Positions 18,002 through 27,700 of a DNA stretch of 58,107 nucleotides are shown here, one piece after another (position 1 is the stretch's first letter; each line of letters starts with the position of its first letter). The stretch spans positions 1 through 58,107 of IMG/VR virus record IMGVR_UViG_3300020021_000013; one strand, 5' to 3'. The notes beneath the pieces are model-generated. The model was given only the letters and a program-made list of their open reading frames with translations. It searched no databases and was not told the origin of the DNA. Position numbers and translations under genes: made by a program. The stretch comes from a virus. Taxonomy: Duplodnaviria; Caudoviricetes.

Positions 18002-18572
18002 GGCAGTGCTGTCCTGGGTCGGCCAGTTCCGCTGCACCGAGGCCCTGCGGGTGCTGGACATCGGCGGCCGGGACCTGAACGGGTCGACCCGGCCCCTGTT
18101 CCCGAACGCATCCCCGTACCACGTTTTGGATCTTCGGCCCGGCCCGAACGTGGACGTCGTAGCGGACGCCGCCGACTGGAAGGGCAGCAAGGACTGGTAC
18201 GACCTGGTCATCTGCACTGAGACGTTCGAGCACGCCGAACGCTGGCGGGAGATCATCGCGACCGCCTGGGATGTGCTGCGCCCCGGCGGCTGGCTGATCT
18301 TCACCTGCGCCGGACCCGGCCGACCCCCGCACTCCGGGGTCGAAGCCGTGTGGGGTCTGATCGGCAACGAGTGGTACGCCAACGTGTCGCATGGCGAGAT
18401 CGCGATCGAGCTGCACGAGCAGGGCTGGACGGACATCGAGGCGCGCCAGCATGGCCTGGACACCCAAGGCAAGGCGGTCAAGCCGGAGCCCGACCGTGAG
18501 ATGCTGTCGGGGGATGGCAGGGGCTCCCGCCCGCCACCTTTCCCCGGCGCCGGACTGCCGGACGTGGCCTGA
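17994..18572 (+). CDS. Class I SAM-dependent methyltransferase
   Basis: VLDIGGRDLNGS, YDLVICTETFEH, LRPGG. Confidence 0.88.
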   Translation: MHEAVLSWVGQFRCTEALRVLDIGGRDLNGSTRPLFPNASPYHVLDLRPGPNVDVVADAADWKGSKDWYDLVICTETFEHAERWREIIATAWDVLRPGGWLIFTCAGPGRPPHSGVEAVWGLIGNEWYANVSHGEIAIELHEQGWTDIEARQHGLDTQGKAVKPEPDREMLSGDGRGSRPPPFPGAGLPDVA

Positions 18573-18619
18573 CGGCGCCGGTCGTCTCCTCGGGGATCGA
18601 GGAGACAGCATGTGGGCCA

Positions 18620-19524
18620 TCACTTCACGCTCCGGCGGGTGCGCAACTTGCGGGCCCGGTGCGGCACGGCCAGCTCGGTACGGATGCTGTCCGGACGTCC
18701 ACCCACGATCGTGCCGGACACGGATACGCACGCCTGACCGGTCGGCATCCCGCAAATCTGCGAGCACTTCCGGTAGGCGCCCCAGTCGGTGATCTCGTCG
18801 TTCATCGCGGCACGACCGCCCCGGAGAACTTCGCCCGGTGAGTGGCCCAAGACTTCCCGGCGGCGGCCACCGTCCGGCGACTCCAGTCCTCGCGTACGGC
18901 TTCGGAGTACAGGTCGGTTACGGTCCAGTCTTTCATTGCACTGTTCCTTTCCGTTGGCATGCTGGACAGATGCGGACGTGGAGCGGCTCGCCGGTGACGG
19001 ACAGGCCGTCGTAGACGAGCCAGCCGCGTGCACGCAGGGCGTCGTCGGATGCCCAGGCCCCGATCAGGCACCGGTCGCACGCCTGGTGCTCCCGGTGCGG
19101 GTCGGCGTTCTCCACGTCGAACAGCGGCGTCTCGTCGAACCACGCCTTGTCCGCCTTGGGACCTCTCACCGGCTCAGCTCCTCGGTGAACTGCTTGACGA
19201 GGTACCAGGATCGGCCCCGGTAGCGCATGGTGCGCCTGGCGCCGAAGTAGCCGGGCGTGATCTTGATGGTGAGGCCGAACGGGTAGAAGGCGTCATGGAC
19301 TGTGCGGCGCGAGGTCTTCTCGATGTACCGCATCCAGAGCCTGTCGCGCCGCCGGTCCTTGGTGCGGCTGCCCATTACGCCCTCCGCCGGGATGCCAGCC
19401 GCAGAAGCGCGGCGAGCAGGTAGGCGACGCAGTAGAGCAGGGCGGCGGCGGCGAGGATCGGGCCGAAGATCAGGAATCCGAGGACTGCTGCGATCGGGTG
19501 GGGGCGGGTCCGGAGCCGGGCCAT
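18620..19524 (-). CDS. Operon of five small hypothetical genes (about 19375-19524, 19166-19375, 18933-19169, 18802-18936, 18620-18805)
   Basis: Start/stop overlaps chain the ORFs; two carry Cys motifs and the first is hydrophobic; preceded by promoter/operator motif at 19540. Confidence 0.55.
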
Positions 19525-19539
19525 GGCTACTCCCTTAGT

Positions 19540-19603
19540 TGTCTGCTATCAGCGTACACCTCTTGCGCTGGGCCGCAAGGGTGCTGTAGGCTATTGGCAT
19601 ACA
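19540..19603. promoter_or_regulatory. Two divergent copies of the TGTANGCT-N5-CAKACA promoter/operator motif
   Basis: 19540-19558 (minus) TGTACGCT GATAG CAGACA; 19585-19603 (plus) TGTAGGCT ATTGG CATACA. Confidence 0.7.
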
Positions 19604-19738
19604 GCAAGGCGGGATCGCCGCCCCGCTGACAACTGAATCAGGGACCGGCCAGGACCCCCACAGAGAAGGCGATCAAGTCGCGCTGCGGGCCGTAGAGCCT
19701 GGCCAGGCCCCACCCCATCAGCCAGGCAGGAGAACGCA

Positions 19739-19996
19739 TTGAGCAGGCAGTGGCCGGACAAGCCGCCGAAGCGGCGCAGCCCGATGGACTCGGGCAACAA
19801 CAGCAGCGGCAAGGGCTGCTGCCCCATGGTGGCCGCCGTGAAGTCGGTCAAGCAGGGCAAGTTCAAGCTAGCCCGCCGGTACGCGGCCATGTCGGTCCGG
19901 CTGATTGCGGCGAGGGCCATCCGGGCGGTCGACTGGCTGCCCGCCCTCACCCCGCATCTGCTGCTTTTCGCGCTGGCGGAACGCCCCACATTCTGA
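19739..19996 (+). CDS. Small basic protein, paralog of 35952-36188
   Basis: GCCPMVAA...GKFKLARRYAAMSVRLIAAR; AGGAG RBS. Confidence 0.6.
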   Translation: MSRQWPDKPPKRRSPMDSGNNSSGKGCCPMVAAVKSVKQGKFKLARRYAAMSVRLIAARAIRAVDWLPALTPHLLLFALAERPTF

Positions 19997-20000
19997 CCTG

Positions 20001-20049
20001 CACACGAAAGGACCGGCCCCCAGGGAAGAGGGGCCGGTCCTTTCGTGTG
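20001..20049. terminator. Bidirectional terminator-like hairpin
   Basis: Perfect 20-bp inverted repeat CACACGAAAGGACCGGCCCC/GGGGCCGGTCCTTTCGTGTG between convergent genes. Confidence 0.85.
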
Positions 20050-20208
20050 TCAGCTGGTCTTGCGCCAGGTGGCGCCGGTCAGCTTCGCCGCGAACGCTTT
20101 TGCCTCAGTCTCCCGCACGGCGGCGAACGTCTTGACCACGGTGCCGTTGGCGTCCTTCACCTCGTAGTTGCCGAGGCCACTTCCGCCTCCACCACAGTTG
20201 CAGCCCAT
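20050..20208 (-). CDS. 52-aa MGCNCG protein downstream of capsid protease
   Basis: MGCNCGGGGSGLGNYEVKDANG...; GGAGGAGG RBS; not in the ORF track. Confidence 0.7.
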   Translation of the reverse strand: MGCNCGGGGSGLGNYEVKDANGTVVKTFAAVRETEAKAFAAKLTGATWRKTS

Positions 20209-20219
20209 CGGGCCTCCTC

Positions 20220-22226
20220 CTACTCGACCAGGGCGACGAGAAGATCGCCCATGGCTTCAGCGTAATCGGCGCCGAGGTCTTCGGTGGTGGCCGACGCCAC
20301 CAGCTCGCGCCACTCGGCCGCCAGGGCAGACCGCGATGCGGCCTCCTGCTGCTCGGCGAGCATCCCCCGCGCGATGGCCCGGCCGAGGGCGTCCGTGTCG
20401 ACGGCCGCCGTGACCGTGTCGCCGTCGTCGACGACGTGGGGCAGCACCCCGGCGGCAACCAGGGACAGGACGATCTCCTCCTCGTGAGCGCCGGACGCGG
20501 TCACCGCACGCGGGATCGGGAAGCCCGGGGTGACGACGTGCAGGGCGGCCATCATCTCCAGGTTGGAGCCGATGCGCCGCCAGTCGCCGGACAGCGGGGT
20601 GGCTCGCATGGTCCGGATTGCAGCCTCGTCGGCCTCAGGAACGACGGCACCGGCAACCCAGATGCCGAACTGGTCCTCGCCCGCGCGTGCGAGGGCTCCT
20701 AGGCTGGTGGTGCTGTCGTAGTGTTCGGCCGCCGCCCGGTAGCCCAGGTTCGGCCCGGCGTGACCGCCCTTGCCGTACGACAGACGCCCCACCGGGATGC
20801 GGCTACCGTCGGCGGTCACAACCTCGCCGGTGTGGAAGTAGGCGTAGTTGGTGGCCGACTTGGGCGCGATGGTGCAGGAGTCGCCGATCCCGACGTGGCA
20901 GACGCCCCAGGTGGCAACGTGGCCGTAGACGCGGCCGTCGTCGGCAATGTGCAGCGGGGTCGGCCCGGAAAGCTTCGGGTCGTCGAACCATTCCTTTGGC
21001 GGTGCGGCCGGGGCGGCTCCGGCCATGAGGGCGGCCATCTTCTCTCCAGCCTTCCAGGCGTCGGGCAGGCTACCCGCGCAGTCCTTACGTTTCGCAATGG
21101 CGGTCAGCCGGGACTTGAACTGGCCGTAGGGGATTTTCGGGTTGGCGCGGCCGTACGAGGAGACCGCGTCGGCGATGTCGGAGCAGGAGGCGATCGGGAA
21201 GCGGCGGCCCTTGGGGTCGACGAAGTCTTCCGGGCCGAGCTTGTTGCGCACGCCCGCCTTGGTGACGTCGGGCGCGGCGTAGGCGGCGCCGCCCTGCCCC
21301 TCAGCGTCGGTGCCTTGCAGTTCGGGCTCGCCGTCCTTGTTCTTGCTGGGCAGGCGACGCTTCGCGAACTCTTCGAACTCGCCGTCGGTCAGCCAGATAC
21401 CGGAATCGGCCATCTCCTGGGTGTCCTGCGATCCGTCGACGTTCGGCTTCTTCTTGGTCTTGCGGTTGGGGATGACCGTCTCGTCCATCTCATCGCTGCT
21501 GCCTGAAGCCATCTCGCCGTCGTTTTCGATCTTGGCGTCCCAGTCGACGCCACCCCAGTCGAACGCCAGACGGATCTGCTCCTCACCTGCCGCGACGACA
21601 TCCATCCACGCACTGGAGGTAGTGCCGTCCACGTTCGGATCGGACGAGTCGATCGGGGTCAGCTTCGCGTGCCCGGACAGCTCGGCGAACGCGGGAATGT
21701 GCACCAGCGTGGCGGAGGCCATCCGCCCGGAGCGGATCATCTTCAGGCGCGGCCCGTCGTACGCCTCGTCGGCGAACGCGGGGGAACCGCAGCCGCATTC
21801 CCCGCCGGTGGCCTTCGAGTGGGCCATCTTCGCGGCCTTCAGCTTCCCGGCCTGATCCTTCTTCCAGGCGGCGTACGCCTTCGGCTCCGGGACGTGCTCG
21901 ACTTCCTGCTGATCGAGGTCGACGGACGGGCCGATCACCTTGTTCTCGGTGAACTTCTTCGCGGCCGTCGCAGCGTTACGCACATCCTCCGGCCAGGATT
22001 CGTCGTCATAGAATTCGCCCTGCGCGGGCAGCATCCCGTCTTTCTCTTTGCCGATCTTCGCGATGTGCCCGACGATCACGGCGTTGGAGTGGCCGCCGGT
22101 GTCGGAGGCGACGTACCGCAGCGGCAGCGGCAGGTTGCGGTGGCCCAGCGCTCCGGCGTCGAACTGCCGTCCGTCGCCGGTCGGCTTGCCGATGACGGCC
22201 AGCGGCATCTTCCAGGCGGTCCCCAT
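20220..22226 (-). CDS. Capsid maturation protease (multi-domain)
   Basis: TGDGRQF, LPLPLRY, GGHSNAVIVG, GPSVDLD, ATLVHIPAFAE, GRVYGHVATWGVCH, LSGDWR. Confidence 0.82.
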   Translation of the reverse strand: MGTAWKMPLAVIGKPTGDGRQFDAGALGHRNLPLPLRYVASDTGGHSNAVIVGHIAKIGKEKDGMLPAQGEFYDDESWPEDVRNAATAAKKFTENKVIGPSVDLDQQEVEHVPEPKAYAAWKKDQAGKLKAAKMAHSKATGGECGCGSPAFADEAYDGPRLKMIRSGRMASATLVHIPAFAELSGHAKLTPIDSSDPNVDGTTSSAWMDVVAAGEEQIRLAFDWGGVDWDAKIENDGEMASGSSDEMDETVIPNRKTKKKPNVDGSQDTQEMADSGIWLTDGEFEEFAKRRLPSKNKDGEPELQGTDAEGQGGAAYAAPDVTKAGVRNKLGPEDFVDPKGRRFPIASCSDIADAVSSYGRANPKIPYGQFKSRLTAIAKRKDCAGSLPDAWKAGEKMAALMAGAAPAAPPKEWFDDPKLSGPTPLHIADDGRVYGHVATWGVCHVGIGDSCTIAPKSATNYAYFHTGEVVTADGSRIPVGRLSYGKGGHAGPNLGYRAAAEHYDSTTSLGALARAGEDQFGIWVAGAVVPEADEAAIRTMRATPLSGDWRRIGSNLEMMAALHVVTPGFPIPRAVTASGAHEEEIVLSLVAAGVLPHVVDDGDTVTAAVDTDALGRAIARGMLAEQQEAASRSALAAEWRELVASATTEDLGADYAEAMGDLLVALVE

Positions 22227-22452
22227 GCGGCGCCCCTTTCGTTGCTGCCCAGGATACGGCCTAGGCCAGCCAGAGCGTGCCGGTCATGCCGCCGATCATC
22301 ACGACGGCGCCGCCGATGATCAGTAGGGCTCCGATGGTGCAGTCGGCAACCAGGGTGATTGCGTTGATGAGCTTCTTCATGATGGGTCCTTCCGGTCGGT
22401 GGGCATGGTACAGCCCCCCGACCGGAAGGCTGGGGGGCTTGTTCGGTGGGCG

Positions 22453-23592
22453 TCAGCGGCAGCGAGAGGCAGCCGTCAGATCGGCGGTCAAGCCTTCCAG
22501 CTCGCGCCGGTACTCCAGGTTGGGAATCCAGTGCGACGGGAACGCTTTCAGCCCGTACGCGGCACCGGCCAGCGCCCCCGTGATCGAGGCGATGCTGTCG
22601 GAGTCCCCGTCGGTGAATGCGGCCCGGCGCAGAGCGTTCGTCGGGTCACCGGGGAAGCAGAGCAGCGTGTGCAGGGAGCAGGTGAGGGACTGCTCGGCGA
22701 CCCAACCGCCACCTGCCACGTCGCACGGGTCCTGCTGCTGGTCGCGGTCCGCCCCGTAGATGCTCAGCAGGGCGTCGGTCATCTCGTCCCAGCCGCGCCG
22801 GATGAACGTCTGCGGGGAGGTGACCGCCGCCTTGAGCTTGACGGGCTTCTTGCCGAACGTCACACCGTTGGCGTCGTCCCACCAGGCCATCGGCTTCTGG
22901 TAGTAGGCGACCTTCCCGGGGTCGCCTTCCCACAGGTGGCCGATCCAGTCGCCCCGGTAGCGGTCCCGCTGGTCGTAGGCGTACGCCAGCAGGTGATCGA
23001 TGAGGGCCTCGGTGGGCTCTGCAATGCCTTCCAGGAGCATGCGGACGGCTACGGCGGTCAGCTCGGCCGCCGCGAGGGCGGTCGGGTGGCCGTGGGTGAT
23101 GGCGGCTTGCAGCTGGGCGGCCCCGCCCAGCTGGTCCCATGTCCAGTCGGTGCGCAACGCGAGGGGTGAGACCCGCATGTTGGCGCCGTTGCCCTTGCTG
23201 TCGGGCCGGGTGGCCAGCAGCCACTGCCTAGGGTTGCGCTTGAGTGCGGAGACGGCGCCCATGCAAGTCGCTCCGGGGGCGCGCTGGCCGTCCATGCTCT
23301 TGGGGTCGTTCTGCCAGTTGATGAAGGCCATCACGAACCGGTCGGCCATCAGTTCGGGGGTCGGGCGGCCTGTGGCGAGTGCGGCGTTGGCGACGGCGAT
23401 GGACATCTGGGTGTCGTCGGTGACGATGCCCTGCTTGGGGTTGTTGAGGCCGACCTGCTTGCGGAACGGGTTGCCGAACTTGGCCAGGGTGGGCGCCTTC
23501 ATGAATTCGGTCGGGCGGCCGAGGGCGTCTCCGTAGGCCAGGCCGAACATAATGCCGTGGCGGCGGTCGGCGGTGGTGTCCTTGAGCTTCAT
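22453..23592 (-). CDS. ADP-ribosylglycohydrolase (DraG/ARH family)
   Basis: GLAYGDALG, TDDTQM, GNGANMR, THGHP, GDSDSIASITGALAGA. Confidence 0.93.
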   Translation of the reverse strand: MKLKDTTADRRHGIMFGLAYGDALGRPTEFMKAPTLAKFGNPFRKQVGLNNPKQGIVTDDTQMSIAVANAALATGRPTPELMADRFVMAFINWQNDPKSMDGQRAPGATCMGAVSALKRNPRQWLLATRPDSKGNGANMRVSPLALRTDWTWDQLGGAAQLQAAITHGHPTALAAAELTAVAVRMLLEGIAEPTEALIDHLLAYAYDQRDRYRGDWIGHLWEGDPGKVAYYQKPMAWWDDANGVTFGKKPVKLKAAVTSPQTFIRRGWDEMTDALLSIYGADRDQQQDPCDVAGGGWVAEQSLTCSLHTLLCFPGDPTNALRRAAFTDGDSDSIASITGALAGAAYGLKAFPSHWIPNLEYRRELEGLTADLTAASRCR

Positions 23593-23608
23593 TTCGTCCC
23601 CCTCGTTG

Positions 23609-23627
23609 TGTATGCCCTTAGCCTACA
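23609..23627 (-). promoter_or_regulatory. Promoter/operator motif upstream of the ADP-ribosylglycohydrolase
   Basis: TGTAGGCT AAGGG CATACA then GAGGGG RBS. Confidence 0.65.
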
Positions 23628-23628
23628 C

Positions 23629-24060
23629 CTACTTGACAAGCCTGTCCACTCGATCCTTGAGGACCTTGCGGACCTCGTCCGAGTAGACGCTCCGGTCGCT
23701 CGTCGCAGTCAGCTTCCCCTCAGCCACCATCGCCGACACCCACTGCCGGGAACAGCCCAGCACGGCCGCAGCCACCGTCTGCGAGACCGGCCGAGCACCC
23801 CCGTCCGCCGCGAACAGCAGCCGCCCCAGGTCGGTCGCCCAGAACGCCGGACGGTCCATCTCCGTCGGGTCGACAAGCGCCCGAATGTGCGGGACGGCGA
23901 GCGGGTCACCGTCGGCCAGGCCATGCAGCAGCGACACGGCCAGCGGCGGGTACGGGATGTTGTGCGGGATGTCGAGCTTCCCGAATACGACCTGCGAGCG
24001 CAGCCACAGCACGTGCATCCGCTCGCACAGGTCGGTGACGACGTCCTTCGGTGCGGTCAT
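23629..24060 (-). CDS. HTH DNA-binding protein
   Basis: C-terminal SQTVAAAVLGCSRQWVSAMVAEGKL helix-turn-helix. Confidence 0.7.
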   Translation of the reverse strand: MTAPKDVVTDLCERMHVLWLRSQVVFGKLDIPHNIPYPPLAVSLLHGLADGDPLAVPHIRALVDPTEMDRPAFWATDLGRLLFAADGGARPVSQTVAAAVLGCSRQWVSAMVAEGKLTATSDRSVYSDEVRKVLKDRVDRLVK

Positions 24061-24080
24061 GGTTTCCTCCATACGGCAGA

Positions 24081-24108
24081 GACCCCCCGGCCGGTCGGCC
24101 GGGGGGTC
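24081..24108. terminator. GC-rich hairpin
   Basis: GACCCCCCGGCC/GGCCGGGGGGTC 12-bp stem, intergenic. Confidence 0.6.
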
Positions 24109-24118
24109 GTGGGGTGGA

Positions 24119-24472
24119 TCAGGCGGCGGCGCGGAGCAGGCGGCCGAGCAGGACGTGCAGGCGGGGCACGACGTAGGTGTAGACCGAGTGCTCGCTTACC
24201 CGGGGCTCAGCCACACCCAGAGGCTCCCCGTTCGGGCCCTCCATGATCTCGGAGGTCATCGTGAAGCGCCCGGCAGTGGTCAGGACGCCCGTACCGGCAA
24301 GAGTGGCAGCGGCGGTCAGGGCCGCAGGGGCGACCTTGATGGCCTTCTCCGGGTCGGCCGAGTCGCACAGGATGAGCATGGTCGGCTCGCCGTCGAGGGT
24401 GACGAGGTAGAGGGCGATGGTGCCCTCAGTGGTCATGCACTTGATCTCGTCTTTGCTGTGTCCGAGCTTCAT
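24119..24472 (-). CDS. Hypothetical protein
   Basis: MKLGHSKDEIKCM...; AAGGAG RBS and upstream TTGACG/TACTAT promoter-like sequence. Confidence 0.55.
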   Translation of the reverse strand: MKLGHSKDEIKCMTTEGTIALYLVTLDGEPTMLILCDSADPEKAIKVAPAALTAAATLAGTGVLTTAGRFTMTSEIMEGPNGEPLGVAEPRVSEHSVYTYVVPRLHVLLGRLLRAAA

Positions 24473-24534
24473 GGCGTTCTCCTTGGGGTCTGTCAACCTT
24501 GTAAACCCATAGTAGACACCACTTGACGCTCCCG

Positions 24535-24741
24535 TCAACCCTTGTGGGTGAACTTCTTCGCGGCCTGCGCCAACGTCTGCGCCACCCGGGCCACCGGCTT
24601 CAACCCGCGCAGGAACGCCCCAGCCTCCTTGCCGCTCATGCCATCGCCCGAATCCGTCGGCTCATCCACCAGATTCAAACCCAGATCGCCGTAATGGTCG
24701 TCAAGATGCTGCTGCTTCGGGTCGATCCGCTCGGCCATCAC
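24535..24741 (-). CDS. 68-aa protein coupled to the ADP-ribosyltransferase gene
   Basis: Start overlaps the ART stop codon. Confidence 0.55.
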   Translation of the reverse strand: MMAERIDPKQQHLDDHYGDLGLNLVDEPTDSGDGMSGKEAGAFLRGLKPVARVAQTLAQAAKKFTHKG

Positions 24742-27700
24742 TTATCTCCCACAACTCGCACGCGCATAAGGGTGTGACCACCCGACGTCTTCTCCACCGA
24801 CAGGACCTTGAATTTCGTCCCCGCCGCCAGGAGCATTTCGTTCTCCGAGTCCTCGTACTGCGAGATGCCGTTGACGAACACCGCAGGCGTGCCCTTGGGT
24901 GCCTCAATGACCAGCTGCAACGGCTTGCCGGAGAAGTGACCGCCCGACCCGGCCACCGACGACGACACGAAGCCCTTGTCGTCGAACGTCTTGCCGAGCA
25001 GGTCTTCCGGGTGGCTCTGAAATGAGGCGATGCCGGGGGGCCAGCCGGTGCCCCGCTTCAGTAGCGTGTTCTCGCGTAGCGGCATCATCGCCGACTGGAT
25101 GTCGAGGGCGTACTGCTTCACTACCGGGCTGTAGCCGCCTTCACCGCGCAGGTAGTTGTTGATGCCGTCGTAAGCGGATGCCCCGTTGCCGGTGTACGCA
25201 TGCATCGCCTTCTTCTGCGCGGCGGACCACTTGATGCCCTGGGCCTTCTTGTACGCGTCCTGCTCGGCCTGCGCCTGCTGCGAGGTGTGCGCATGGAAGT
25301 CCTTGGCGCTCAGCCCCTTGTCGTGGACGCCGGGCCCGGCCAGCGGCTGCACCTTCTCGCCGGGCGCCAGGGTGACACCTTCCGGCAGGTCGACCTCGCC
25401 GGTGAGCTGCTTGACGGCCTTCGCGTTGGGCGTGGAGTGCTTCTCCGCGTACTCCTTGCCCGCCGAGGTGCCCAGCCAGTCGGTGACCTTCTTGTGCAGC
25501 ATCCCGGTGTTATTGACGCCCAAGCTTTTGGAGTGCGTCTCGTCGATGGTTTGAAGGACCTGGTCGACGGACAGGCCGCCGGTTACGTCTTTGCCGTGCG
25601 CGGCGGACAGGTTGACGAGGTTGCCGAAGATGTCTTCGGTCGGGTCGGTCAGGTATTTGCCGTCGGGCATGGCCTTGAAGTCGGAGGTGATCTTCTTCTT
25701 CGTGGATTCCTGGATGTGGCTGATCGTGGTGCCGCCGCCGAGCTTGACGGATTCACCACTCGGAACGTTTTCGATCTTGGAGGGAGTGGCTGCCTTACCG
25801 GCGGAAACCCCCACCTTCCCGAGCTTCTTCTCCGCAGCCGACTGGTGCGCCGCCCCGATCTTCAGGCCGACCTTCGACAGCATGTACTGCTTGCCAGACG
25901 AGTACTTGCCATAGTTCGGACCGTTGTAGCCGGTCGACTTGTAGTAGCCGGTTTCGGCCGCCGACGCCTTGACGGCCGTCGTGTCCAGCTTCGGCAGGGC
26001 GCGCTTCTTCAGGCCGACGTCCGTGCGAATCTTGTCGAGCTTCTGCTGGGCTGAGGAGTGCAACAGCTTGAACTGTGATTCCAGCTCGTTGCGCTGCTGA
26101 ATCTTGCCCAACCATGCCTGGTGCTCTGGCCCGGACTCCATGCCACCGGTGATCGGATTAGTGGGCACGTTGAGTTGCGCCGTGGTCTCCTCGGCGTGCG
26201 CAAGCGCAACCTTGCCCGCCAAGACCTTCAGATTCCCGAGGTCCTGCGTCAGCGGCACATAGTCGGGATGCTGCTTCATCGCCTGCGTCAACTCGTACGA
26301 GTTGACGCCATACGTCACGGCCTTGGTGGCGTGCTTACCCCAAGCGCCCGAGTACGCCTCGCCGATAGTGGCCTGGTCGAACGCGGACAGCTCGTGAGGC
26401 TCGGCGGGCTTCAGGTTCGCTTCGGCCTTGGTGGCGGCCTCGTGGAAGGCGGCCTTCGTCGCGTCAAGCTTGTCGAGCTGGGCGACCTCCCCCAGGTTCA
26501 GGAAGTCGTGGTCGTCTTTCAGCTGCTCGGCGTGCAGTTCGATGACCTGCTTGTCGGCGCCGGTCAGCTTCGCGCCCGAGATGCTGTGCCCGGCGCCCAG
26601 CGTGAATTCGTGGTGGGCGACCAGATGCCCGGCGAGCTTCTGCTGCATTGCCTTGGTCTTCAGCAGCTCACCGGCGGCCTTGGCCGCGTCGGCCTGCTTC
26701 GCCAGCACGTTCGGATCGCTGAAGACCGCATCCGGGTACTTGTTGGCGTCGTTGGCGATCTGGGCCTTGCCGAGCTTCTCGGCGCCGATGACCTGCGACA
26801 GCATGAGGCTGGTTTTCGGCTTGAGGGCCTCGGCGCCCATCAACTCTTCGGCCCGGTCCTGGATTTGGGCGGCGGACATGTCTTCGGGCTTGGGCGCGTT
26901 GGCCTGCTTCACGGCGGCGTGAAGCTTGTCGGTCAGGTCGGTTTCGGCCTGCTTGGTGTCGGCCTTCAGCTTGTCCATGTCGGCCGTGCCGGTTGGCGGG
27001 TTGGCGTGGTTGAGCAGGTGCTTCTGGTAGTGCAGGAGTGACGCCTTCTCGATGGGGCTCAACTCGCCCTGGTCCTTCGAGAGCTTGAGGCTGATCTTGT
27101 TGAACGCCTTCGACTTGGCGTCCTGCACCGACTGTGCGAGGGCCTGCGCGTGGGCGGTGTGCGCCAGGTGCTCGACAGCCGCCTTCACCTCCGGCTGGTT
27201 GAGGACCGTCCCGTCGTCATACAGCTTGGTCTTCTGCTCAACGAGGGCCTCGGCGGTGGCATCGGCGGCGGCGTCGTGCAGACCGGCCGCGTCAGGGTTC
27301 TCGAAGTCGGTCAGCCCGGCGGTCTGCTTGGCTGCCTGGAAGTGCCCGCTGATGGCGGTCTTCTCGACGGCCTGCTTCGCCTGCGCTGCCGTGACATCGT
27401 GGCTGTGCAGGTCCTTCGCGAAGTCGACGGCCTTCTCCGCCGACTTCGGCTCCGCAGCCTTGGGGGCCTCGCCGTGGCCGAACTTTTCCACCAGCGCCTT
27501 CGCGGCGGCGATCTTCTTCGGGTCGAGGAAGTGCGACTGCCCCAACTCCGAGATGATCTTGCCTTGCACGTCCGGCGGTAGAGCCTTGAACTCCTCGGCC
27601 GACAGGGGCTGGTAGGCGGCCAGGTGATTCTTCGACCAGGAGGCGCCGGGGGCCTGACCCTTCGCCATCTCGATAGCGTCTGTGACGTGCTTGGGGAGCG

